Positions 50,385 through 63,055 of a DNA stretch of 64,000 nt are shown here, piece by piece. Position 1 is the stretch's first letter. Each line of letters opens with the position of its first letter. The position numbers were made by a program, and so were the translations under genes. This DNA is from Eledone cirrhosa. Lineage: Eukaryota. Under the pieces are notes generated by a model that was given only the letters and a program-made list of their open reading frames with translations, was not told where the DNA came from and did not search any database. The stretch is taken from the NCBI GenBank assembly GCA_964016885.1, contig OZ024743.1:261206001-261270000 (forward strand), in the 5' to 3' direction.

Positions 50385-53050
50385 GATGATGGTGATGGTT
50401 ATATGATGGTGATATGATGGAGAGAGTTATATGATGGTGACAGTTATATGATGGTGATATGATGGAGACAGTTATATGATGGTGACAGTTATATGATGGT
50501 GATATGATGGAGACAGTTATATGATGGTGATATGATGGTGACAGTTATATGATGGTGACAGTTATATGATGGTGACAGTTATATGATGGTGACAGTTATA
50601 TGATGATGACAGTTATATGATGGTGATATGATGGTGACAGTTATATGATGGTGACAGTTATATGATGGAGACAGTTATATGATGGTGACAGTTATATGAT
50701 GGAGACAGTTATATGATGGTGACAGTTATATGATGGTGACAGTTATATGATGGAGACAGTTATATGATGGTGACAGTTATATGATGGTGACAGTTATATG
50801 ATGGTGACAGTTATATGATGGTGACAGTTATATGATGGTGATATGATGGAGACAGTTATATGATGGAGACAGTTATATGAGGGTGACAGTTATATGATGG
50901 TGACAGTTATATGATGGAGACAGTTATATGATGGTGATATGATGGAGACAGTTATATGATGGTGACAGTTATATGATGGTGACAGTTATATGATGGTGAC
51001 AGTTATATGATGGTGGCAGTTATATGATGGAGACAGTTATATGATGGTGATATGATGGAGACAGTTATATGAGGGTGACAGTTATATGATGGTGACAGTT
51101 ATATGATGGAGACAGTTACATGATGGAGACAGTTATATGATGGAGACAGTTATATGATGGAGACAGTTATATGATGGTGACAGTTATATGATGGTGACAG
51201 TTATATGATGGTGACAGTTATATGATGGTGATATGATGGTGACAGTTATATGATGGTGATATGATGGAGACAGTTATATGATGGTGACAGTTATATGATG
51301 GTGATATGATGGAGACAGTTATATGATGGTGACAGTTATATGATGGAGACAGTTATATGATGGTGACAGTTATATGATGGTGACAGTTATATGATGGAGA
51401 CAGTTATATGATGGTGACAGTTATATGATGGTGACAGTTATATGATGGTGACAGTTATATGATGGTGACAGTTATATGATGGTGATATGATGGAGACAGT
51501 TATATGATGGTGATATGATGGAGACAGTTATATGAGGGTGACAGTTATATGATGGTGACAGTTATATGATGGTGACAGTTATATGATGGAGACAGTTATA
51601 TGATGGTGACAGTTATATGATGGTGACAGTTATATGATGGTGACAGTTATATGATGGTGACAGTTATATGATGGTGACAATTATATGATGGAGACAGTTA
51701 TATGATGGTGATATGATGGAGACAGTTATATGAGGGTGACAGTTATATGATGGTGACAGTTATATGATGGAGACAGTTACATGATGGAGACAGTTATATG
51801 ATGGAGACAGTTATATGATGGTGACAGTTATATGATGGTGACAGTTATATGATGGTGACAGTTATATGATGGTGATATGATGGTGACAGTTATATGATGG
51901 TGATATGATGGAGACAGTTATATGATGGTGACAGTTATATGATGGTGATATGATGGAGACAGTTATATGATGGTGACAGTTATATGATGGTGACAGTTAT
52001 ATGATGGTGACAGTTATATGATGGTGACAGTTATATGATGGTGACAGTTATATGATGGTGACAGTTATATGATGGTGATATGATGGAGACAGTTATATGA
52101 TGGAGACAGTTATATGATGGTGATATGATGGAGACAGTTATATGAGGGTGACAGTTATAAGATGGTGACAGTTATATGATGGAGACAGTTATATGATGGT
52201 GATATGATGGAGACAGTTATATGATGGTGACAGTTATATGATGGTGACAGTTATATGATGGTGACAGTTATATGATGGTGACAGTTATATGATGGAGACA
52301 GTTATATGATGGTGATATGATGGAGAAAGTTATATGAGGGTGACAGTTATATGATGGTGACAGTTATATGATGGAGACAGTTATATGATGGTGATATGAT
52401 GGAGACAGTTATGAGGGTGACAGTTATATGATGGTGATATGATGGAGACAGTTATATGAGGGTGACAGTTATATGATGGTGGTGGTTACATGATGGTGAT
52501 GGCTATATGATGATGACGGTTTTATGACCGTCTAACCCATGCTAGCATGGAAGATGGATGTTAAACGAAGATGATGATGATGATGATGATGGTGACAGTT
52601 ATATGGTGGTGATGGTTATATGATGATTGTTATATGATGATGATGATGACAGTTATATGATGGTGATGGTTATATAATGATGATTTTTATATGATGATGA
52701 TGATGACAGTTATATACGGTGACAGATATATGATGGTGATTGATATATGATGGTGATTGATATATGATGGTGACAGATATATGATAGTGATGGTTATATG
52801 ATGGTGACAGATATATGATGGTGATGGTTATATAATGAAGATGGCTATATAATGAAGATGGCTCTATGGTGGTGATGGTTATATGATAGTTACTGTTATA
52901 TGGTGGTTATATGAAGTGGTGGTTATTTGATGGTGATGGTTATATGTTGGTGATGGTTATATAATGGTGATATAGTTATAAGATGTTAATAGTTAGATAT
53001 GATGGTGACAATTATATGATTCTGATGATTATATGATGATGATGATGGCT
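50385..53050. repeat. 17-bp satellite (gatgg[t/a]gacagttatat)n with 11-bp variant gatggtgatat; short RTE tail at about 52508-52570
   Basis: Direct inspection. Confidence 0.97.
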
Positions 53051-53079
53051 ATATAAAGATTTTATTCGATTTGTTTCAG

Positions 53080-53269
53080 AGATATTGCTATTGACTCTGT
53101 GAAAACAGGTCTTGGAGGTGCCACTGGCAATAAAGGTGCTGTAGGTGTTCGGTTTTTACTCAATGCTACTTCATTTTGCTTCCTCTGTGCCCATTTTGCA
53201 GCTGGGCAGTCACAAGTTAATGAACGTAACAACGATTTCCATGAAATAATGAAGAAGCTTTCATTACAG
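53080..53269 (+). CDS. SYNJ1: Synaptojanin exon ([25 protein letters not shown]...[16 protein letters not shown])
   Basis: tttcag acceptor, CAG|gtatgt donor; IPPc GNKGAV and HFAAG motifs. Confidence 0.97.
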
Positions 53270-54255
53270 GTATGTTTTTAACAGAACATAAATTCTGTGT
53301 GACAGGTGGACAAGAAGGATGTACAGTTATTACAATATAGATTATGAAAATACATTATTTTTTTCTATCCTTTACACCAGGGCTTCTAAAATTGTGAATT
53401 GTGAACCCACCTTCCTTAGGTGGTCATATAAAGATTTTGAGGATGTCACAGAGAATTAACTATATGTTAAATAATTTGGTAGCAGTGGGTCACTGACACC
53501 TTTTGGTGTCAGTGACCCACTTGCCTCATTAACCCTTTTTAATGACACTCATGATTTTCCCTTGAGCTCTGCCGCCGGGGTCATACTTTTTCCTATTTCC
53601 CACTCTACTACCCTAAGTATTGAGTACTCTGGTGCATTATGGTCCATCTGGTTCCTTACCACAATTCCTTTGTTATATATATATATATATATATAATTTA
53701 ATATAATAAACACAGATATATACATATATGTGTTCAAATCATAAGAGACCAGTTATTATTCACCCTAGCGAATCTGGTCCCTTATGATTTGAATACATAT
53801 ATGTATATATCTGTGTTTATCTCTCTTTATTATATTAAATTATATTATACGGCTCGGAAAATTTTTTCCTTGAGCTATTTTAATTGTAAGGGACTATTCT
53901 GAGTTTCTAACTCAATATATACTTTTGATATATATATATATTTATTATAAACTGAGTTTCAGAAGAACCTGTAAAAGGGTGAAATCAGCAATTCTTTGCT
54001 TAAATTTTAATCTGTACTAATAATAAATATTTGCTGTATGGGTTTATATATATATAATTCTTATTGAGCCCTCTTCAGATTTAGTCTTCACATTTATTAT
54101 TACTATATTTATATATATATATATATATGAAAGTATGTATAGTATATTTGGCAATATACATTATGTTTAATTAAAAACATTGAGAAGACCATACGTTATC
54201 AGTTTTAAAGTAGTGACTATGTCACTTACTTCGTTTCGGCGAAAGAAGGGAGAGA

Positions 54256-54297
54256 AGCTGACAGTCTGTTTCATGCTGGTTGGCGTTCATCAGAGCC
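54256..54297 (-). ncRNA. Minimal type I hammerhead ribozyme motif
   Basis: Minus strand ggct-CTGATGA-acgc caacca gcat-GAAACAG-a-CTGTC-agct: intact core, GUC triplet. Confidence 0.72.
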
Positions 54298-54537
54298 ACG
54301 CACTCCCCTGCTTCCGCCGAAAATTATAGAAGCTGGATTTTTATAGAATTCCAGTAATAATTAGGAGCTGATTATACATATATTCAAACAGCGTGTGTGA
54401 AGCTTGAATTTTCAAACTTACGAAGCACTGAGGAAATATATTTTTAAAAAGATGTAGAATGTTCAAATGCAGAAAATATTGCATGTGTGTGTCTTTATAT
54501 ATGTGTGTATATATTTATGTTTGTATATATATTTCAG

Positions 54538-54696
54538 GGTAAACCAATTGGTTCTCACGACTACATTTTTTGGGTTGGTGATTTCAACTACCGTATTGAT
54601 CTGCCAAAGGACGATGTGAAAGACCTTGTCCGCAATCATAATTGGACTGCCCTCCAGGCTGCTGACCAGCTCAAGATACAGATGTTAGCTAATAAT
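54538..54696 (+). CDS. SYNJ1: Synaptojanin exon ([15 protein letters not shown])
   Basis: tttcag acceptor, AAT|gtaaat donor; 5-phosphatase motif GDFNYR. Confidence 0.97.
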
Positions 54697-55643
54697 GTAA
54701 ATAAACAAACAAAATAGTATTTTGTTTTCTCCTTTTAAGTATGGTTGTGTGATTAAAGAGTTCACTTCACAACCACAGGCTCTAGGTTCAGTTCTGCTAC
54801 ATTACACTTTGTACAAGTGACTTCTACTAGAGCCTGAGGTTGATCAATGCCTTGTATGTAAAATTGGTAGATGAAAACTGTTGAAGTCCATCGTATATAT
54901 ATATATATATATATTTAATGTTCTAATAATCATTTTCTAATTTAAGGTTAATATTATGGCAGTGCTTTTATCTGCAATCTCCAGACTACAGCCATATTAA
55001 CTGATTATGTTTTACGAGCCAATATTTTGTCTGTAATGTTGAAACTAGTCTTTAATGTCCAAACTACAGTTATATTAACTGGTCATGTCCTTTATTTATA
55101 GAATATTTATCTTGTTGCTATCAATCAAGCTTGTTTGTAATGAATGGTGGTTATAGCAATCTAAGACAATGTGTGAGTGAAGGAAGTCTACTTTGTTGCA
55201 GTAAGTGATACCTTCTGTGGACATTGTCATTAGCAGTTGTGGGTGTGGTTGGTAAGTCAGCTCTGCCTCAAACCCCACCTCCCGTTATCTGTGAAAGTGG
55301 CCTGTAACAGTCAGCTCTATCTTAAGCCCACCTCCTATCTATGGGAATAGTCAGGAACAGTCAGCTCTGACTCAAGTCTCACCCTCTATCTATGGAAACA
55401 GATGGTAGCGGTCAGTTCTGCTTTAAAACCCCTTCCCCTTTTCTTTTTCCTACTATATACAATAAAAAAATAAATTAATTCACTGTGCTCCATAAAAACA
55501 TGGCCCATTATTCATATGGAATGTTATTGCCTTAGTGTCTCAGTTGGTCTCTGTTTGGAATAACAACACAATGTGTAGGTGGTAGTGGTGGTTTCAATAT
55601 CCAGTAGGAATTACTAAGGAGATTTTATATGTTATTTCAACAG

Positions 55644-55797
55644 GTTTTCAGAGGGTTTCAGGAAGGTGCAACCAATTTTGCACCAACCTACAAGTATGAT
55701 AACTTTAGTGATGATTATGACACCAGTGAGAAATGTCGTGTACCTGCATGGACTGATCGAATACTATGGCGTAAAAGAAAATTCCTGACAAAATCAG
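55644..55797 (+). CDS. SYNJ1: Synaptojanin exon (FAPTYKYD...[17 protein letters not shown])
   Basis: aacag acceptor, G|gtaaaa donor; 5-phosphatase motif PAWTDRILW. Confidence 0.97.
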
Positions 55798-56183
55798 GTA
55801 AAATTTGCAAACAAATCAGTTTCTTTATCTCTTTTTATCTTTTGTTCTTGATCCCCAGACCCCCTTCCTACTCACTACTATTGGGGTGGAGTTGGGCACC
55901 CACAGGAGTGAGCCTTGCGAGTTAATATGGCTATACCAATACATCTCCTTAGCTATCTTCTTGGGTAATACTGTCTCCATTCTACCCATTCTGTCTCCAT
56001 TCTACCCATGAAGCAGCTAATGCTGCTGACCATGAAGGGTTCTGCACACCAGAGAATGTTCTAAGGTCTGTATCATTTAGGTAGTGATGTTTGAGTGCAG
56101 TTTGGGGATTTAAGGCAACTGTGACAAAACATCGGTAATGTTTGCATTCTGTATTTACAGATTATCACTCACCCAATCTAGAA

Positions 56184-56480
56184 CAAGTGTCTCAACTTCA
56201 AGGACTCAAAAGGGTCATTATGTCCTGGGGAAGAGGTACAGTGGGCCAGAAGTGAGATGAGGGGTGTGGCATAATTTTCACCAGTTATAATGTTAATCTG
56301 TAATACAACTGATAGACTGCTATATATTTTCCCCCATCAAAATAAATACACATATAATAGTAAGTTGGAGATATGAAATTAGTACAAAATTTAAGGCGAC
56401 AATTTTTCCATTTCAAATTTTCCTTAATTTGTCACAAAAATTGTTGTCATGGGCCGAAGAAAAGTAGTTTGAGACCCCCT
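56184..56480. mobile_element. hAT-like MITE remnant; related copy at about 22750-23114
   Basis: Ends caagtgtctcaac and gtttgagacccc; shared internal caccagttataatg.taatctgtaat and gggcc...aaaaagtagttt. Confidence 0.6.
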
Positions 56481-57029
56481 CATCTTCAGCGATCAAATCC
56501 CACTGAGGTTAACTTTTCCTTTCATCCTTATGGGGTCGATAAAGTAAAGCACCAGTAATGCACTGGGGTAATTGCTGGCCTTGTGCCAAAAGTAGAAACA
56601 ATTATATATTTAAACATTTTTTTTTTTTTAATCATTGATTGACTTTGAGAAACTAGTTTAAATGACTCTTTATAGCAATTGTTCTTTAGATGGTTGCATT
56701 GTAGAGGAAATATAGATAAGACCATTGGACTGGCTATGTTTTGGGTTCAAATCTAGTGTGTGTATATGTGTGTGTGTGTGTATATGTTTGTGTGTATGCA
56801 TGTGTATATGTGTGTGTGTGTGTATTCATGCAGTTCTAATCTTCTAAATTCTCTAGTCCTCAATCAAATTGCTTAGTTTGCTTCAATCTCTAATCAAGTT
56901 AAACACATGCATACACACACACATACACACTCATGTACATACTCACCCACTCTCACACACATACATACACATACCCACTCACCCAAACACCTAAATATAA
57001 AGATAATTTGTTCTGTTGGTAATTTATAG

Positions 57030-57105
57030 GTTTTGAAGACCCATATTTTAACCCAGTTAATCAGCTACTTTACAGTCGAGTTGAACTGAGAACATCTGAT
57101 CACAG
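57030..57105 (+). CDS. SYNJ1: Synaptojanin exon (FEDPYFNPVNQLLYSRVELRTSDHR)
   Basis: tatag acceptor, AG|gtaaat donor; SDHR motif continues to PV in the next exon. Not in the ORF track. Confidence 0.95.
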
Positions 57106-57184
57106 GTAAATATTACTTTATTAACATATTCCATAGCACCTCTTCTTACTTAGAAATCATTATTAACGTATTGTCTTTAGTGAA

Positions 57185-57640
57185 CAAAACATATCCAGCT
57201 CATACTGTAAAGTGATCGTGTAGGTGTCACGACAAAAAGCAGCTAGCACACACTGTAAAGTGGTTGTGTAGGTGTCACGACAAAAAGCACCCAGCACACA
57301 CTGTAAAGTGGTTGTGTAGGTGTCACGACAAAAACACCCAGCCCACACTGTAAAGTGGTTGTGTAGGTGTCACGACAAAAACACCCAGCCCACACTGTAA
57401 AGTGATTGTAAAGGTGTCACGACAAAAAGCACCCAGCCCACACTGTAAAGTGATCGTGTAGGTGTCACAACAAAAAGCACCCAGCACACACTGTAAATGT
57501 GGTTGGCATTAGGAAGGGCATCCAGCCATAGCAACCTAGCCAGAACAGTTCTATATGAGTAAAAAAGTCACCTGACCCAACTTGCCCAAATGTCCATGGA
57601 AAATGGACATTAAACGATGATGAGGATAATGATGATGTCA
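57185..57640 (+). repeat. RTE 3' UTR with a 47-48-bp unit expanded to 7 tandem copies
   Basis: cacactgtaaagtggttgtgtaggtgtcacgacaaaaagcacccagc repeated, followed by the RTE terminal sequence and (GAT)n. Confidence 0.9.
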
Positions 57641-58616
57641 TAGCAGATTTTTCATCATCATCGTCATCATCATCATCTGTTCCTTTTTCCATAGGCATGG
57701 GTTGGACGAGCTCTTACAGACCATGTTAGTACTTTATCAGAGTTATTGTCCTCCCAAACAGACTGGGGTCATGCATATCTTGCTTACATGCATTCCTGTT
57801 CTGGCAAAGTCTCTATAGTTCGATGCCCTTCTGTCACCAACCACTTTACAGAGTGTATAGGGTGTGTTTACCATGGCACCAGCATTAAAGAGATTGTCAG
57901 TCATTGACTTGCCTGAATAGCCTCCCCTACCTTTGATTGTGGGCTGGGGCAGGATAGTTAGAGATGATGCTATGTCCCAAGGATGTAATGATAAATCAAT
58001 GTTGACGTTTTAGTTGTGTTCCCACATTACTGAAGAATGGAAGAATCCCTATACATAAAATCTTACTAAATATAGAACTATTTTCTATGGTTCGAGGTTC
58101 AACAAGTGTTGTTGGGGCTGTTTATTTTGTGGTTCATTTCTTTTTTTGTTTTAATTACTCATAGAGCCCCAATAACAAGGTCCCTTGTCTTACTCCTTCC
58201 AACATCATCATTATACACCCGTTTTCCTTGCTTCCATGGATTGGATCTGTCATCGCCTGAGACTAAACAGGTTATTCCATATTTTGGTATAGTTTCTTTG
58301 GACGGATGCCCTTCCTAACACCAACTACTTTACAGAGTATAACCAGCCATATTACAGAATGTATTAAGTACATTTGGTTATGATGCCAGCACTAGAGTGT
58401 ACTGGGGGCATTTTATCTTGGCACTGCCACTTTTATTGTGGCACCAGTATTACCACTTTTATAATGACACCATCACTACACCATATAAATATTTATTGAT
58501 TTTGTTGTTGGTTGATGTTTTTTTTCTCCTACATCTAAATAACTTGTTATAAGTTTGTTGAACATTTCTTTCCTCCCAATCCTAAAAAATGACTCTTTAA
58601 TTTCCAAATGTTGCAG

Positions 58617-58820
58617 ACCTGTTATTGCCTTATTTGACATTGATTATCAGAAAGTAGATGAGGAGAAAAAGAAGCTCGTCCTTAAAGATGTGATAGCTGC
58701 CCACGGCCCGCCTGATGGTACCATCATTATATCATCAGAAACCATTGACAAGTTTGAAGACTCTTTAGTTGATAAAATTATAATGTTGTTTTCTGAAAGT
58801 GGAGAAATACTACTGGTCAG
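58617..58820 (+). CDS. SYNJ1: Synaptojanin exon (PVIALFDID...HGPPDGTII...GEILLVR), end of IPPc and start of RRM-like region
   Basis: ttgcag acceptor, AG|gtaaat donor; GPPDGT motif typical of synaptojanins. Confidence 0.95.
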
Positions 58821-59220
58821 GTAAATATATATATATGCAATACACAGCAGAACTCTCTTACCTTTCTATTCTGACATCTTCCTTTGCCTTTCATTTTCAT
58901 CAAATGCTTATAGTATATTTACTAGTGAACAAATGTGTGCAACAATTTGCAATATTAATTTTAACAGTCATAGTGCTGTTTTATATTTTTCAAGAATATC
59001 CTGCAAATGTCTTTCATGTGGTTTGTTAATTCCATTCTGTATAGTATCTGTACTCATGGACAGATTGTTATGAAACTTACAGATTAAAGTAAAAACTTTG
59101 ATTTTTAATGTGATGCAGTCACAGTTCCGTTATGTGCGTTTTAAGATTGTCTTGCTAACAGAATTTTATGTAGTACAAAATGTTAAGAGTTAAATATGTT
59201 TATGGTTATATTATTCATAG

Positions 59221-59299
59221 GTTTGTCCAGAATGCATTATGGTTGGTTTATAAAGATGGAAAATGTTGCTTGAATGCCCTTGGATATGATCGAACTATG
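59221..59299 (+). CDS. SYNJ1: Synaptojanin exon (FVQNALWLVYKDGKCCLNALGYDRTM), last found in window
   Basis: catag acceptor, ATG|gtaaga donor; phase-consistent, resembles the vertebrate RFVEDKMWVTF region. Confidence 0.88.
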
Positions 59300-60009
59300 G
59301 TAAGAATATCTGTTTTACTTTTCTGGCTATTAGGGTCACTTGGCATTGCACAAGAGAAATTCATTATGATTAATTATGATAAAGAAATTAATTATGATAG
59401 ATAGTGGTTGATGTTAGGAAGGGCACCAAGCCATAGAAAACTTGCCAACCTTACCTCCAGTGGGACAAAAACGTCCAGCCCATGCTAGCGTGGATGATGG
59501 ACGTTAAACGATGATGATGAAGATGATGAACAATAACAACAACACAACAAGCATTTTAAAGTCATTTTCACCTGCTGAAGCAGGAGCTTAGCTATGCAGG
59601 ACCCATGACAAATTTCATACTCGTCTTGGGGGTCGTTTTTGAGACAAAGTTTTATGGTCTCATGCCCTTCTTAATGCCATCTCTTACAATATGCAAGGAT
59701 ACAGTGTACCTATTCTAAACTGGACAAACATACAGGAATGAATATACACAATTATTTATGATAGATCATGATCATTTTTATTTAGGCATGTTAACACTCT
59801 CAGTAACATTAAACCAACTAAAATTGTAAAAATTTTGACTAATGGATAAAGCATGCCATACATCACAACAGTATACCTACAACTCCATCAGATGTTAAGG
59901 CCCCATGGCTGACTACAGAGAGAGTGATGAGGTGAGAGAGGCTTTTTTAACAATCCCTTTACCACACTATTTTGTAAACAACGTCTTTAACATTTTCTAA
60001 TCTTACCAT

Positions 60010-60910
60010 TGCTTTGCCTTTCATCCTTATGGGTCGATAAAATAAAGTGCCAGTAACGCACTGGTATTAATTTAATCGACTTCCTCTAAAATTGTTGGTC
60101 TTCATCCTAAATCAGAAACCATTATTACAGGCGGTGGATTGGCAGTATCGGTAGTGGGTCGGACGCCATGCTTTGCAGCATAGAGTTACGAACCTTTATG
60201 ATCTGAGTTCAAATCCCGCCGAGGTTAACTTTGCCTTTCATCCTTACGGGTCAATAAAATAAAGTACCAGTAATGCACTGGGTAATTGCTGGCCTTGTGC
60301 CAAAAGTAGAAGCAATTATTACAGACAACATGCTTTACAGACTATAATTATGTCCCTTTACGTTCTGAGTTCAAATCCTGCCAAGTTTAGCTTTATCTTT
60401 CATCATTACAGGGTCGATATAATAAAGTACAAGTAACGTACTGGGGTTGATTTAATTGACTTACTTCTTCCCCTCAAATTGCTGGCCTTGTGCCAAAATT
60501 AGAGACCGTTTGGCATAATCGGTAGAGCGTTGAACAACATGCTTTGCAACATAGAGTTGCAGCCCTTTATGTTCTAAGTTCAAATCCCGCCACGGTTAGC
60601 TTTGCCTTTCTCCCTTACAGGGGTTGAAAAAATAAAGTACCAGTAACACACTGGAGTTGATTTAATCGACTTTCTCCTCCCCCAAATTGCTGGCTTTGTG
60701 CCTATAGTAGAAATTATTATTACAGAGAGCATATGGTTTGCGGAGTATAGTTACGTCCTTTTATGTTCTGAATTCAAATCCAGCCGAGTTTAGCTTTGCC
60801 TTTCATGTTAATTTAATTGACCTTCCTCTTGTGGTTGATGTAATTCACTTTCCTCTTCCCTTGAAATTGCTGGCCTTGTGCCAAAAGCAGAAACAATTAT
60901 TATTATTATT
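60010..60910 (+). mobile_element. Head-to-tail array of about five SINE copies
   Basis: Repeated B box, core and (ATT)n tails. Confidence 0.87.
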
Positions 60911-61148
60911 ATCTTAGTGTGTTTTATGAAAGATGGGTGAGTGCAGTGAGATTGACAAGGCAGAATGGGCCGTCCATGCTTTTCTAAGTAGGAGGAAGGA
61001 AACCAGGAGAGGACATTTTTATTGCCTGTGAAGTAACAGAGTAATCTGGGGCTTTGTGTGGGGTTTCTCTCTAGGATTATTCTAAACTACAGCCCCTCAC
61101 TATTGGGGGACTTGTCTTTGTTGATATTTGTTATATATATATATATAG

Positions 61149-61730
61149 GTGCAATAAGTAGCAAGCGCCCACAGGATACTAGCTCCTTCTATTGCCCAGA
61201 TGGCTCTATAGAAATAGTGGACACGTCCCGTTACCTGGGTGACAAAATCAGCAGTGGTGGAGGGTGCTCAGAAAGTACAGTAGCCAAAGTTAGAATGGGA
61301 TGGAAAAAGTTCAGAGAGCTTATACCACTATTGGCCGCTAAAGGTTTCTCCCTAAAAATGAAAGGCAAGCTGTATGATGCCTACATACGAACAGCTATGT
61401 TACATGACAGTGAGACTCGGGCATTGTGTGCAGAGGATCTGCGCAGACTGGAGAGGGACGAAACATGCATGCTCCGCTGGATGTGTAATAGTAATATATG
61501 TGAACAGCAAAGCATAAATGAACTAAGTGAGAAATTGGGTATAAGAGGGATCAGATGCTGTTTACTCGAGAGAAGACTACGTTGGTACAGTCACGTGATG
61601 CGCATGAAAGACGACAGCTGTATAAAAATGTGCAGGGCGATCAAAATTGGCGGAAGTTACGGAGTAGGCAGACCCAGAAAAACCTTGCCTAAGTACAAAG
61701 TGAAACCTACAGTCAGTAGGCACCTCTTAA
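61149..61730 (+). mobile_element. RTE fragment, same subfamily as 915-1763, with an internal deletion near the ORF end
   Basis: ORF 61058-61753 closely matches ORF 986-1357 in the overlap. Confidence 0.92.
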
Positions 61731-61734
61731 TCAA

Positions 61735-63053
61735 CTATACTGGCTGTCTCTGAAAGGTCGGGCGGAGGTGGCAAATGCATATATCATGTCCGTCATCTGC
61801 TACCGCCTGACCATGGTACCTTGCCTCCGCCCAACTCTGATCAAAATACAGTGCTTTCTCTTCCGCTTTTTATGGAAGGGACGTGCTCCCATGGTCAGAC
61901 AATCAATCTGCTGTCAGCACCCATTGCGTGGCATGCCGTGGCTGATGATGCACAAACATGCGCTGAGGCTGCGACATCTCTGGTGCTTCCTCGACAGTGA
62001 ACAGGTGTGGTCGCCGTTTGCCAGATGCGCTTTTCCCCAGCTCATCTCCTCGACGGAGCTGCAGTCCTGGATCAGAAAGAGACCGAGGGATAGCGCTTGG
62101 AAGCTGGAATGTCTCCAAGCACTTACTGCCCTCTACCAGCTGGGCACTGATATCGGTGGAACATCCACCTCAACATTCTATAGAGGGCTAGTGGAGGAGA
62201 AGAGTGACGATGTTCTCAGGGAGACCCTGGGCGTCAAAGACGATCAGCTGTTGGCTCTCTGTCAGCTCGGGGCCTCTGGACAAGTTCCAGAAATCCCTGA
62301 CCTGACAGTGCTACCGCGGAGCGTGGTTGGTTCGGGGTAAGCTCTACAGGCACGGATGTGCTGTCAGCCGAGCCTGTCCGAGATGCGCGCAGGGCAAAAA
62401 CCATCCTACACAAACTCCTTCAGTGCCCGAGAATTGCTGACTTGTGGAGCTATGTCGAACAGCTGCTGTCGCGTATAGGACGGATCCGGTTATCGGCTGA
62501 GTCCATTGTGCAGACAGCCCCGCAATCCTCCTTTAAAGAGGAGGAATGGCAGGCAGTTTTCATCTGCCTGGTGGCCATGGCAAATGAGATTGTGTGGTGG
62601 ACAAGGTTGAAAGAGTTGAAGACGGACAATTTCCTCTCTGGCCAATCCCTGATTAACTTTTTCAAGTTTCACTTGAAGAGGAAAATCAGTGTGGAGAGTG
62701 CTGTCTTCTAGTAAGTTTGTTGAAAGGTGAGTGAAAGTGGCGAGTCTGAACCAAGTGAACGAGCCCGCTCTGAGTATGCGCCTGTAGACTGAGGAGTGGG
62801 AAAACAGAGAGGGCGCTTGCCTTGGTGGTCAGGGTGGCCGTGGTCTTTTGTGTGGTTTTCGCCATGAATGACCCTCGGAGGTTTACCCCTTTTTGGGAAA
62901 TTTTTGTTGTTTGAATTTTTTTATTTATTTTTACACATTTCTATCTTGTTATAACCTTTTTACACGGCCCAAACCCACTTTGTATCGTCCTGTACTGTTC
63001 TGTGCCGTCTCTAATGTTTTTCTTCATGTTAGCCCTTGTGGCCAATAAAGAAA
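61735..63053 (+). mobile_element. Tx1/L1-clade LINE 3' portion, degraded, same family as 11251-14763
   Basis: LSLKGRAEVAN...YRLTMVPC...CCQHP...WWTRLK; ends aataaagaaa. Confidence 0.9.
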
Positions 63054-63055
63054 CC

